A stretch of 64,000 bases of DNA from Sarea resinae. Taxonomy: Eukaryota. The notes beneath the pieces were generated by a model. The model was not told the origin of the DNA, searched no databases, and saw only the letters and a program-made list of their open reading frames with translations. Position numbers and translations under genes: made by a program. The stretch lies in NCBI GenBank assembly GCA_026026165.1, contig JAPEUD010000045.1:124001-188000 (forward strand), written 5' to 3'. Positions 38,960 to 50,800 of the stretch are shown here, piece by piece; the first letter of the stretch is position 1; each line of letters opens with the position of its first letter.

Positions 38960-40033
38960 ATGAAGCAGGGCTGGGACACGCAGCTGATAGCATCGCTCTC
39001 AAGGTCGACTACACGTGCGATACTCTAGAGACTTGCAAGTGCTGATCGCGCTCAACAGAGCCAAGGATACAGCCGAGTATTCTGATCTGACCATCAAATG
39101 CCGTGACCAGAGCTTCAAAGTCCACCGTATCATTGTCTGCGCTCAGTCCGAGTTCTTCCGAAAGGCGATTGGCGGCTTCTTTAAGGAAGCGGCTTCGGGC
39201 GAAATCTCCCTACCTGATGACGATCCATATATGATCCAAAGACTGATCACTTTCTTCTACGCTGGAGATTACGCGGACGAAGGCGGGCCGGATGATTGGA
39301 GGATGCTGAAATCGAAAATAAACCAAGAGATACCAAACGTCTTTGGTTCCTCTTCAGGCAGCCAATTTGGGTAACCCAGGAGCAATGCGGTGCCTCAATC
39401 TCCCAAGCCAACCTTTGGCTTTGGTAACGCCCCAAACACAGGAGCTAGCAATGCATTTGGCCAACCAGCTACTTTTAATGTCAGTCCAGGCACTGATACC
39501 AGCAGCATGTTTGCGGCGCAATCATCACCACCGTTCCTTAGTACACCCACATTATCTTCGCCTCCCAACCCCAAAAAGTCCGCAGCGCCAGCAGGGAAAA
39601 ATTTAGAGCCTGCTGAGCTCGCAAGTTGTAAGTCAGTTCATGAAGGTTGTTATGATCGCGACTCATATCAATGCCAGACTTGCGATATACGCCTTTCGTG
39701 GTCCACGTTCAAATGTACGCCCTCGCCGATAAATATGGCGTGCCACTTTTGGCGAAACTCGCCGACGAAAAGTTCAAAAATCGGCTCAACGGCAGCAAAT
39801 GGAATGTCCCTAGCCTCTGCATGGCCACCGAACAATTGTACCAGTTGCCGCCATTCATTAGTCAGAATCTGCGAAAGCTCATCGTCGCCTAGGTGTTTGA
39901 GAATCGCACAATGCTGAATTCGGTACAGGCGTTTAGGGATTTACTGTTGAACGTGCCACAGTTCATGCACGATGTCCTTCTTGCAACCTGGGCCGAAAAT
40001 GACAAGGCGACCAAGGACAGGCTGTGGTATTGA
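38960..40033 (+). pseudogene. BTB/POZ paralog, array copy F, with two in-frame premature stops
   Basis: [48 protein letters not shown]..; TAA at 39372-39374 and TAG at 39890-39892. The frame continues through both, and after the TAG it keeps paralog similarity (VFENRTMLNSVQAFRDLLLNVPQFMHDVLLATW) to TGA 40031-40033. Confidence 0.8.
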
Positions 40034-40199
40034 TGTAGTTCTTGCCAATTTTATCCTTGTGTGTAGCTGTCTAATGTATTCTAGTAACGCGCTGAACAGA
40101 TCATAAGTTCTGTAAAACTCCAATGCGGCTGTCGAGTGCTTAGTCCTAGGAATAGAAGCAACGAACCGAATAATTCTCGTATGTTGCTTATATATTAGC

Positions 40200-40915
40200 A
40201 TATATCCTAATCTAATCTAACCCTTTAAATCACCCTAAATTAATAATATTTATAGTCTCTAGTCTTCTAACTCTATGCCTAACTTTCTTACTCTTCTTTA
40301 CTCTTTCTAACACATTCCTAGTACACCTAAGATTTGAGTTAGAGAGAATTATCTAAATATAATATTCTACTTTCTTATAGTATCCTACTCTCTCTCTCTC
40401 TCTCTTCTACCTTAATATTATACACTTTACCTTTCTTACTCTACCTTAGACCTCTACTACAAATCTACTCTAATCTAACCTAATCTAACCTAACCTCACC
40501 TAATCAAACCTAATCGAACCTTACCTAATCTCTAAACCTCTTCTTTCTCTTAAATGCTTTATTAAGAAGTGCTACACTTTTACTACTAGGTTAGTAAGTA
40601 GAAAGAATAGGTATAACCTAACCTAGCTTACCTACTAAGATACGTAGGTTATTTATAAGTTATCTTAGCACATTATATATATAGGAACATACTTTCCTAT
40701 CTACCCAAGGTAAAGTAAGCTACCTACTAAGTTATTTACTAGCCCTTATTATTCCTCTCTCTCTCTCTACCCCTTCTCTTTTCTCTTTATTCTCTTCTCT
40801 CTTATCTTTTTCTCCTTCTTAGGTTAGAAAAAAAACAAGGAAGAATACATTAGGTCAAGGAAATAGGAAATAGGTCTATACCTTGGCATTTATTTGTAGA
40901 TTTAAGAGCATACCT
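40200..40915. repeat. Strongly AT-rich RIP-like tract with degenerate CTAAY pentamer repeats
   Basis: TpA abundant; TpG, CpA and CpG scarce; no ORFs; ctaat/ctaac units at about 40470-40530. Confidence 0.7.
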
Positions 40916-42220
40916 AGACACAAATATATATATATACATATATATACTTATTTATAGTCTTATACACACACACACACGCACCTGTTGTAGACAGAGATAG
41001 AGAGATAGAGAGATAGAGAAGCACACACGCACACAAGTCATAAACACTAGCAGCGTCCAGCACAACGCAACGCAACGGAGCCACTAAGCCCGCGCCCTTC
41101 CCTACTAGTACTCGCCATTGCATCCTCAACACCCACCACCCCCTGTACCTGATTGAATTGAACAATACGTGTATGCCCACATACTCAAATACGAAGGAAG
41201 AGGAAAGGAGAGGAGAGGAGAGGAGTAGAGTGGCAGTCTCGGCGCAGTGCAGTATACACCCCGCATCGTGGCAACGGGCACTCATGATCGAGAACTTCAG
41301 ATCGGGACGGGCCTGCTTCGATCCTCTGCCCGAAGAAGACAAGACTCCCGAGGCAGCTTGACACTGACTGGCGGCATAAGAGATTTGAATAAGATGGAGA
41401 AAATATCGGTTTTTATTGCCAGACTACCTAAGCTAAGTAAAAGGGTAAAAAGAAGGTGTAAGAGCAGCAAGGCAATACACCCTCTCTCTACCGCCGGCTA
41501 CCCGGGCCCCCAATGACTTTTCGTAGTCAGAAGTCAGACCTCGATGTTACTGGAGTCATCTCTCTCTCTCTCGCTCTGGCTGATGCAGTCAGGATCTAAT
41601 GATGCCTGGGAGAAGGATCATCTCGCTGCACCCCAGCCGGTCCCTGCCCCTTATATGACCATTCCTTTTTTTTGGGTTTGTTTTCGTCTTCCTCTTTCTT
41701 TCCGCCTGTCTTTTCTCGCAAAGATACGCTTTTAGTATCGCGCTTCTGATCGTGTGGCATGGTTGACAGCGAGCAAGAGGTCGTGGTTAAAGCAAAGGAA
41801 AAAGTGGGCAAGTAAGAAGAAGAAAAGGATAAGGGGCTAGGAGAAAAGGGGAACGCCGACGCTATGCTAATTATGTACCGCTGAAGTTGCCGTGTTCTGG
41901 AGAAGAACTGACCAACTAAACCGAGCCCTGATGAAGAGAACAAAAAAGGTGATGGTAATACAATCATATCCCAGAGGACAGATGGTTGTGCCAGGCATAT
42001 GATTTGCATATATGATCTCCCAACTCCCTCTAATCCGCAAGGATCCAAGGAAAAGGACGTCATGTCATGGCATGGCATGCAGATATGCATGCAAACGTAT
42101 GTGTTGTTATCATGTGATGAAACGAGACAAGTCAAGACAAGCTTACGCGTAGCAAATGCCGCGGTACTTATCAGTCAACTTATCTCTCAGTCTGAGTCGA
42201 TTCGGTACTTCCATCTCCAT

Positions 42221-45200
42221 TCAGAGAAACAGCACCCTTGACTTATCGTGCAGGAATCTAGAACGATAGAGGGCAAGTTCGGAGGCGACCGTGTTGAAAT
42301 CATTGACCTTGCGGCCGCGCATTTCGTGGATGATTTGCTTGAGGCCGGACACGTACTGTTCTCTTTCTTCGGGCGTCTGGCCTTCCTGGACCGCACCCAT
42401 CTGGACGAGAATCATGTCATCTAGATGAAAAGAAAAGCGCGATGACACGCGAGGACAAATTAGCGATTGACACAAAAAAAGGAAATGAGAAGTCGAGATG
42501 AGGATAAATGTAAAGGAAACAGAGGCTAAAGGTAAAGATTAGCTAACTCCGACAACGCACCACTGAGACCCATATCGCGGAAATGCTGGTAGTCACAAGT
42601 ACTATCATTGCACACACCACCAGCGGCTTCGTATCGACACAGGGGATTGTCCACGTTGATTTTGTGACTATAGGTTAGAGATCGGAAGCTGCCTGCGACG
42701 TCATCCTTGTAATTTGGATGATAGCGATATGCCTTAAATTGCTTCAGAGGACTTTCATAAGGCGTAAAGCGTCCTTGGCCTTTCGGACCCCTCTCGGCCT
42801 CCTTGTTTTGAGGCTCCTGGTAGCCGTCAGCGTTTGTTAAGTAGCTTGAACTCACACATACTTGAGACTGCTGCTTTTCCGGATTGTCTACTACGGGTGT
42901 TGAGGATACCTCAGCTACAGATGGCGTCGGCACATTAGTCTCACCCGCAGATTGAAATGATTTAGGGACTTCAACAGTGTTCGTTGAGGGCAGATTAGCA
43001 GGCGCAGGGCTGAAAGGAGGAGATGGTGACGGGGTCGGCTCGGGAGGCTCATATGCGTCAACTTCGTCCGAATGCTCATCGACAGACTCAGAGCTGCTTT
43101 CTTCGCCGTCTGCCTTGCTAGCTGTGCTGCCTGTTTTGGCCGAGTCAAAGGAGAGGTCGGCGGAACAATTGGCCTTTTCATTGCTTTCACTTCCGCTGGT
43201 ACCCTCCTCGGGCACAACATTAGGAGCTTGAATATGAGCGTCTTCCATAGCGACTTCCGGTGCCTCCACTACCTTGGTCTCCGCGTCTGGATGGGTAATT
43301 GACGTTATCTCTTTCGGTAAAGCCGTCTCACGATCGTCATCTGGCGAAGATTTATCAATCTCCATATCAGGAGCAGACATGGACTGATCGTGGGACGAGC
43401 CATCCTGATCGTTGCTGATCTCGCCTTCTTCCATACTACTTCCAGAAGTATCCATAACAACCTCTGCCGTCTCATCCTCGAGATCTTGTATCTCTTTGGA
43501 CTGAGACTCAATAGCAAGAGGCTCTTGCATGGAAGCATCCTGGCTTGAAGGTCCCGAGGGCGACTTGGAAATAGGTGGATGGTGGATCTCATCAACATGG
43601 GGAGAGACACTGGAATCAGGCGGGGATTTTTGGGCGAGTATTGCGAGACTGGCAGGTTCTGACGCATCGGATGCTGCTAGGGCGATAGCTAATCGATAAG
43701 TAGATGAACGTCTCGAGCGTAGACAGGGGCCGGATACACCAAGTCTGAGTGAAAAGACCGAAAGAGGAGAGAGATACTTACCTCGCGATCTATCTACCTC
43801 GGCCATCCTCTGTTCAATTATTTCATCCTTCTTGGCTTGAAGAGCCTCGACGGGCATGCCCTCTGTGTCAATACCGAGGCTTTCCAATTCTTCAACCAGT
43901 CGTTTTTTGCCCTCAAGACCCTCCTGGACTGCAGCTTCGAGCTTTTCCATTTCTTTCTTCAGTTCTTCAAGCTTGAATTTACTGCTCGCAACCGCAGCAT
44001 CGAGTACGGGTAAACCAGATTCTATTTCTGCGCGACGTTTTCTTCTCCGTTCAGCGGCCTCAGATCTGGCCTTTGCAAGCTCTTCAGCTTTTGCTTTTTC
44101 TGCTTCTTTGAGCTGTATCTCTTGCAGAGTTGCGGCATCCTCCAATGCTTGGCCACCGTTTGCAGCATTTCCTAGGTTCGATGGGGTTTGCTCAGGAGCC
44201 ACAGAAATGGACCCGGGTAGGAACGGAGGCTTTGACAAAGTAGTAGTAGGTTGTGGAGTGGTAGGAGTTTCGGCACGACTCGCTGCTTGCTTGGCATTCC
44301 GTCGCTTTTCGATTTCGGCTATCTTCTTCTGTAGATCTTCGATTTCTCTCTCTTTCCGTTTGAGGTTTTCTTGCTCCTTCGAGCCCGGGGTGATGATCCC
44401 TGATTTTGCTCCGCTAGCCCCATTTCTGGACGTATTCCGCTTCTTAGGCACATCGCTTAGAGGAGGTAAATCACGAATTGATTTTGTTTTCGGAGCTTCC
44501 TGCGGGTTCGTTAAAGGAGCATGCTGATGAGATTCTTCGTCGCTTTCGATCTCCATTTCGCTATCCAGATCATCCGCCAGATCGTCATTTTCTTCATCGC
44601 TAACATCAATAACAACTGACTGACTTCGATCTTGACCAAATGGCCGTTTAAAGGTTCCTGTACTGGGAAGTGGACCAATGTCAAAATCCGAGGCAACTGG
44701 ACGTTTACGACGGTTATTGATCGAATCCTGAGCTAGCGACGAAGAAGCCTGACTCGGCGAACTGATCGCCGGAACCAAAGGCACTGGCGTCGCTGACGAA
44801 GTCATGAAAAGTCCGGGAATGACGGGAGAAGGTACGGCCTCGACACGCGGAGTATTCCAGTCGGCGTCTGTAACAGGACGAGGGGGAAGCTGGTGGATCA
44901 TAGGTGGGGCCAAATGACTTCGAGTACTCTCTACCTCTTTGGCGGGGCTAGGGATCGTTGGCTCGGCCGGCTCAGCTACTTCCATCGGCGAATTCTCCGG
45001 TTTTCTTTGAACCGATGCATCATTTTCCGGCGGAGACCCGGTAAGCTCATTATTTACTGGGCGCCCCTTTTTCAGCGCTTCCATTCTCTGTCGGGCTAGC
45101 TCCGTCTGTGCTTTCCTCTTTGCTTCCAGATCCGAGTCCACGAGCGTTTTATTTGGCTCCGGTTTTGCAGTATCGCACGAGGCTGGGCTGGGTTCCAGTT

Positions 45201-46681
45201 CTGGCGTTTGTTTTTGCTGCGAGTTTGGTGCCACACTTGGGGCATCCGGTGGCTTTGTGACTGGTGGAATTGGCTTGCCACTTTTCGCAGCCAGCAGACG
45301 CGCTATGTAATCCTTGCGATCCAATTTAGGCTGCGCTGGCTTGTTGGTGGTTGCCTGCGATAAGAGAGCTTTGGTGAAAGGGGCCGATGCTGTGGATTTA
45401 GACGGGATGATGGGTTTTGATGAGAGCGGTGGGCTAGTCGACTCAATTCCTACAGGGTTTGGATCCGTCTCCTGCTCGGGCCGAGGCTGTATCGCACCTG
45501 TTGAGTTTTGTTCTGGAATGTCAAGAGTCCCGTTTCCCTGCAACGGTTGAGGTGTTATGGCTTGCTTGTGACCGACGACTGGGATTGGAGTCAACTGTCT
45601 AGGTGGTTGCTCTACGTGCTCGACTACAGACTCGGGCAGATCTTTCTTCGGCGAATCATCGTTGACAGTGCGCACGGGAGTCTGACTAGCAGGCTTAAGA
45701 CCTATTTCTGCGTAAAGCCCTTGGAGAATGTCCGAGTCAATATCTTCCGTTACAAGCTCGGCGAAACGAATCTTGTACGGAAGCAAATTCAACAGAGCAT
45801 TTTTTGCAAGGGTTCTCTTTTCCATGAGTGCCTGAACACTTGGGTTAAGGATATTGACATGGATCCTCTCAAGCGTTTTATCGGTCTTCGAACTACTCAC
45901 TTCAAGTTGAGGTAGTTGTTGGGAGCTTTTATCGGGTGGTGCTGTTTGTTTGGGGGTAGATAATGACTGTGTGAGGCCTGCGATTTACTGTGTTAGCATC
46001 TGATTATGACAAATGTATGTAATAATAATCACCTTTGATCGATTCCTCATTCTGGTGGTGTTGGCCGTTGGAGAGCCTGGGAGCGCCTTTGGCTATCGCG
46101 TTCTTCGACATGGACTGAATACCACCGACTTCCCCGTCACTAAGCTCGCCCTCTTCTCTATCTGCCCGCGATAACGCAACCTCCGTGGATGAGGTGGGAG
46201 CGCCTTGATTTGCTTGGGCTGTAGAGAATGGTGGTTCGGTTGAACGTCGAGGCTGCTGTGAAATGGGAGTAGGCGGGTTCTGGTGAAGAGAAGGCGGCAG
46301 CGGTGGCGGTGGTATACTGTTCGTGTAGTAGGTGTTGCTGTGGGTATTTGGTGGAGGTGGTGGAGGAAAGCCTTGCTGCGGTATAGGAACCGGAGGAAAA
46401 GGTGGTGGAGGAAAACTTCCAGGCGGAAATTGACCAAAGAAGTTTGGAGGAGGTGGCGGCATACCCGGTGGAAATGCTTGCGATGGCACGCCTGCACCAC
46501 TTGCATTATGCTGAAATGCAGAAGCATTTCTCGTATTTAGACCAGGCACCGCGAGTGGCGGTGGAGGCGCCTGTGCCTGGCTGAAGGCGTGTCCCACATG
46601 CCTCGGCGGATATGGCGCAGGCTGATGCGCGTAGCCGCCGAAGGGCATGCCAAACGATGGCGTTGGCGGATAGTTCGACAT
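42221..46681 (-). CDS. zf-C3H1 protein, Red1/ZFC3H1-like (MTREC/NURS/PAXT-type nuclear RNA surveillance scaffold)
   Basis: Pro-rich N-terminus with DREEGELSD, long disordered/coiled-coil middle, C-terminal FTPYESPLKQFKAYRYHPNY..SLTYSHKI..LCRYEAAGGVCNDSTCDYQHFRDM; last exon DDMILVQMG..SRVLFL*. Confidence 0.8.
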
Positions 46682-46949
46682 GACTTCGCGCTATGTGGAC
46701 CGACGATGCTGAAATCCTCCGCTGCAAGGGAAGACGATCAATGTCAAGATGAAGGGGGTCCTGTACATTAGCAGCGCACCATGAATGCACAATCATTCAC
46801 CATCCAGAACTGATGGGACATGGTCCTATGTTACTTGGATATCGCAGGCAGTCTACGAGCATACGCATGCGTGTTGAGCAGTGACTGTGGTGCCTCACAA
46901 CACGATCGATGCAGGGTCACGAAGGACCCAGGTGAATGGGGGAATGATA

Positions 46950-46993
<44 letters not shown>
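46950..46993 (+). repeat. Poly-G homopolymer (44 nt) in divergent promoter region
   Basis: Direct count of the G run. Confidence 0.9.
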
Positions 46994-46994
<1 letters not shown>

Positions 46995-47881
46995 TTTGTT
47001 GAAGCTGGCTCTATCAAGAGAGCAGCGCGTGCTTGAAGGAGTCGAAAACACCTTTGAATGCGGGAGCGGGATAGGGGGGAGCGAAAGGGACAAGATGATG
47101 GGCAACGGCAACGAGTGGAGGAAGATGAGGGATGAGGGATGAGGGATGAAAACAGGATGGACGAGATGATGGAACAAAGGGACGCCATCGTGAATGTCGA
47201 GAAGCACCAGGGAGGATGGGCGAGGACGAAGTACCGCGAGGAGGGTAGATGCCCGCCTCAATCGTGGTGCAGAGTACTTCATCAAAAGTATCGCCGCGAC
47301 TGGTGCGTCACATGATGAGATGTCGCTGCTGCTTGGCCGAGCTCAGGTACCGAGTACGGAGCCACTGCGATGCGGTACCGCCGTCTTCCACGACAGACGA
47401 GTACTCCAGCTCCCAAGAAAGTACCCGACGGGATTCGATGAGGGACTGGGTACTTGCAGACCGATCAAGCGAGATCGTGACCGCGTCTGGTCCTTCTGTC
47501 TCTGTCTCGGTCGCTATCCGATACAAATGTAAACAAACGCCGATCAATCAGACATCCATACACAGTCATCCACCCTGCACCACCCAACATTCACTTCCTT
47601 GCCTCACATCCCAAGCCTCACCCTCGCCCTCTTCATTCCAACTGCTCTTCTACAGCTGCTTCTTCTCTTGCATTTGGTGCATGTTCGATTTGGAGTTCTG
47701 ATTTGGTCTCGTCTTCTCTTCCGTGGGCTGTCTTTCGGTTGTGGAACGCGCACGGCTTTTCTTCCGTTTCTGTTCTCATTGACACACACCGTCGAGTACA
47801 GTGGCCAACTTACCAGCTGCCATGTTTCCTTGAAGGGATCAGAACACCTACACGCTGCCCAAACCCTCTTCAAGCCAAGCC

Positions 47882-50800
47882 ATGATGACGAATCCAGCGC
47901 CTGGTGGCTCGTTGCGGCGGAATAGCCCATTCGACCGCAGTTCGCCTTCTCCTGCCCCGTGCTCCCCCCCGTCTAACAGCCGGCCCAAGTCGGCGAACCT
48001 CTCTTCCCCGCTCTCGAGTCCACGCGGATTAGGTCACAGCAGAAATCAATCTTTCACGTCTCTGGGCTCGGCCGTCCTGCCAGCAGATGGCAGAGCTTTC
48101 ATGCAGCGGTCCAATTCCATCCGCACCAACCCGCCGGGCTCGACCACTTTCGCTCCACAGTTCATCAAGGCAGAAGAACTGCGAAGAGGCGAGGATCGGG
48201 TGCGTGAGATGGAGGGCGATAATGACTTTTCGGGGAAACGATACGTCTGGCTGAGGGACCCGCAGACAGCTTTTGTTCGTGGATGGGTCGTGGAAGAAAA
48301 GGAAGATGGCCTGTTGCTCGTGCAATGTGATGACGGCAGCGTACGTATGGATTGCTTGCCCCCACTGCCCCGTCCTAACACAGTTCTCGGTAGCAACGAG
48401 AAGTCAGTGCCGATAACGTCGATAAAGTCAACCCGGCCAAGTTCGACAAAGCGGATGACATGGCAGAGCTTACGCACCTCAATGAAGCGTCGGTGGTGCA
48501 CAACCTTCACATGAGATATCAGGCAGACTTGATCTATGTATGGGCCTTGAACGATTGCTCGAATGCATCTGCTTACTCTGATAGACTTACTCGGGGCTCT
48601 TCCTCGTCACGATCAACCCCTACTGTCCCTTGCCAATCTACAGCAACGATTACATAAAGATGTACAAGGGAAGAAGCCGAGAAGATACGAAGCCTCACAT
48701 TTATGCCGTGGCGGATGAAGCATTCCGGAATCTCGTGGACGAAGGGGAGAATCAGAGCATACTTGTCACGTAGGTGGATGTCCAACTTGATGCACAACAC
48801 CAGCTGAGCTTCGTTTCTAGAGGAGAATCCGGCGCCGGTAAGACCGAGAACACCAAGAAAGTCATCCAGTATCTCGCGGCAGTTGCCTCGTTCTCATCTC
48901 CTGGAGTAAAGTCTTCGGGGAATCATTTGTCTAATCTTTCTCAGCAAATACTGAGGGCAAATCCTATCCTAGAAGCGTTCGGGAACGCGCAGACGGTGAG
49001 GAATAACAACTCATCGCGCTTTGGAAAATTCATCCGGATCGAGCTCATGAAATCCGGCCAAATCATTGGAGCCTACATCGACTGGTATCTCCTGGAGAAG
49101 TCCAGAGTGGTGAATCTCAATGCCAACGAGAGGAACTACCATGTCTTCTATCAGCTGCTCAGAGGAGCGACTCCGAAGATGAAGGATCAATTTCTACTAC
49201 GAGACATGGATGTGAACGACTTCGTTTATACTAGAAAAGGAAACGAAGCCATTATTGGAGTATCCGACAGCGATGAGTGGAATTCTCTTCTCGAAGCTTT
49301 CGGTATAATGGGATTTTCCGGAGAGGAGCAGATGTCCATCTTGCGGACTGTAGCCGGCGTCCTTCACCTTGGTAACATTGAGGTGATGAAAGAGAGTCTC
49401 CGAGCTGACCAGGCCTCTTTGTCATCCGAGGCCCATAAGCAAGCGGAAAGAGTCTGCCATCTTCTTGGCATACCCGTGGAGCCATTCGTCAAAGGTCTCC
49501 TTCACCCTAGGGTCAAGGCTGGTAGGGAATGGGTTGAAAAGGTTCAGACGCCGGAACAGGTGCGACTATCCATTGATGCTCTATCGAAGGGTATATATGA
49601 GCGAACTTTTGGCGACCTGGTCGGCCGGATCAATCGGCAGCTCGCACGTACCGTCACTGGCCCGAATGACACCCATTTCATCGGCGTCCTCGATATTGCC
49701 GGATTCGAGATCTTCGAGGAAAACAGCTTTGAGCAGCTCTGCATCAACTATACCAACGAAAAGCTTCAGCAATTTTTCAATCATCACATGTTCGTTCTTG
49801 AGCAGGAAGAATATGCCAGGGAACAGATCGAGTGGAAGTTTATCGACTTCGGCCGCGATCTCCAGCCAACCATCGACCTGATCGAGCTACCCAATCCAAT
49901 CGGCATCTTTTCGTGCTTGGATGAAGACTCTGTCATGCCAAAAGCTACGGACAAGACCTTCACGGAGAAGCTTAATTCGCTTTGGGATCGAAAGAGTCCA
50001 AAATATCGACGTTCGCTGCTTCACCAAGGTTTCATGTTGACTCATTATGCTGCAGAGGTGGAATATTCAACCGAGGGTTGGCTGGAAAAGAACAAAGATC
50101 CGCTGAACGACAATATCACCCGACTCCTTTCGGCGTCTACGGATCGACACATCGCAAGTCTTTTCTCCGACTGCGCTGATCAAGACGAAGGCAATGGCTT
50201 TCAGCGAAGTCGAGTAAAGAAGGGACTGTTTCGAACCGTTGCTCAGAGGCACAAGGAGCAGCTTTCGAGTCTCATGGCGCAATTACATTCCACTCATCCT
50301 CACTTTGTTCGTTGCATCATACCTAACCACAACAAACGGCCCAAACAGCTAAGTGCGCCGTTGGTCCTAGACCAGCTAAGATGCAACGGTGTCTTGGAGG
50401 GCATTCGGATTGCGCGCACCGGATTCCCGAACCGTCTTCCATTTTCAGAATTCCGTCAGCGGTACGAGGTCCTGTGCAAAAACATGCCCAGAGGTTATCT
50501 GGATGGCCAGAGTGCCGTCAGCATCATGCTGGAACAGCTGGATCTTGACAAGGCACTGTTTCGTGTTGGACTGACCAAAGTCTTCTTTCGAGCCGGAGTT
50601 CTAGCAGAACTAGAGGAGCAGCGAGATGCCCTAATCCGAGACATCGTGCTGCGATTCCAATCTGTCGCGCGGGGATACACGCAGCGAAGAATAGCCCACA
50701 AACGTCTTTATCGAGCAGAGGCAACTCGCATAGTACAGCGCAACGTTCACGTCTATCTGGATCTTGTCGACAACCCTTGGTGGAACCTTTTCGTCAAGAT

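Noticed and set aside
40470..40530. True telomere or CRISPR-like array
   Set aside because: Units are degenerate pentamers, internal to the contig, without TTAGGG arrays or repeat-spacer structure; the context is eukaryotic.
21425..46681. Co-location of Hrr1-like helicase and Red1-like gene as an RNA-silencing cluster
   Set aside because: About 17 kb apart with unrelated genes between; no evidence beyond coincidence.
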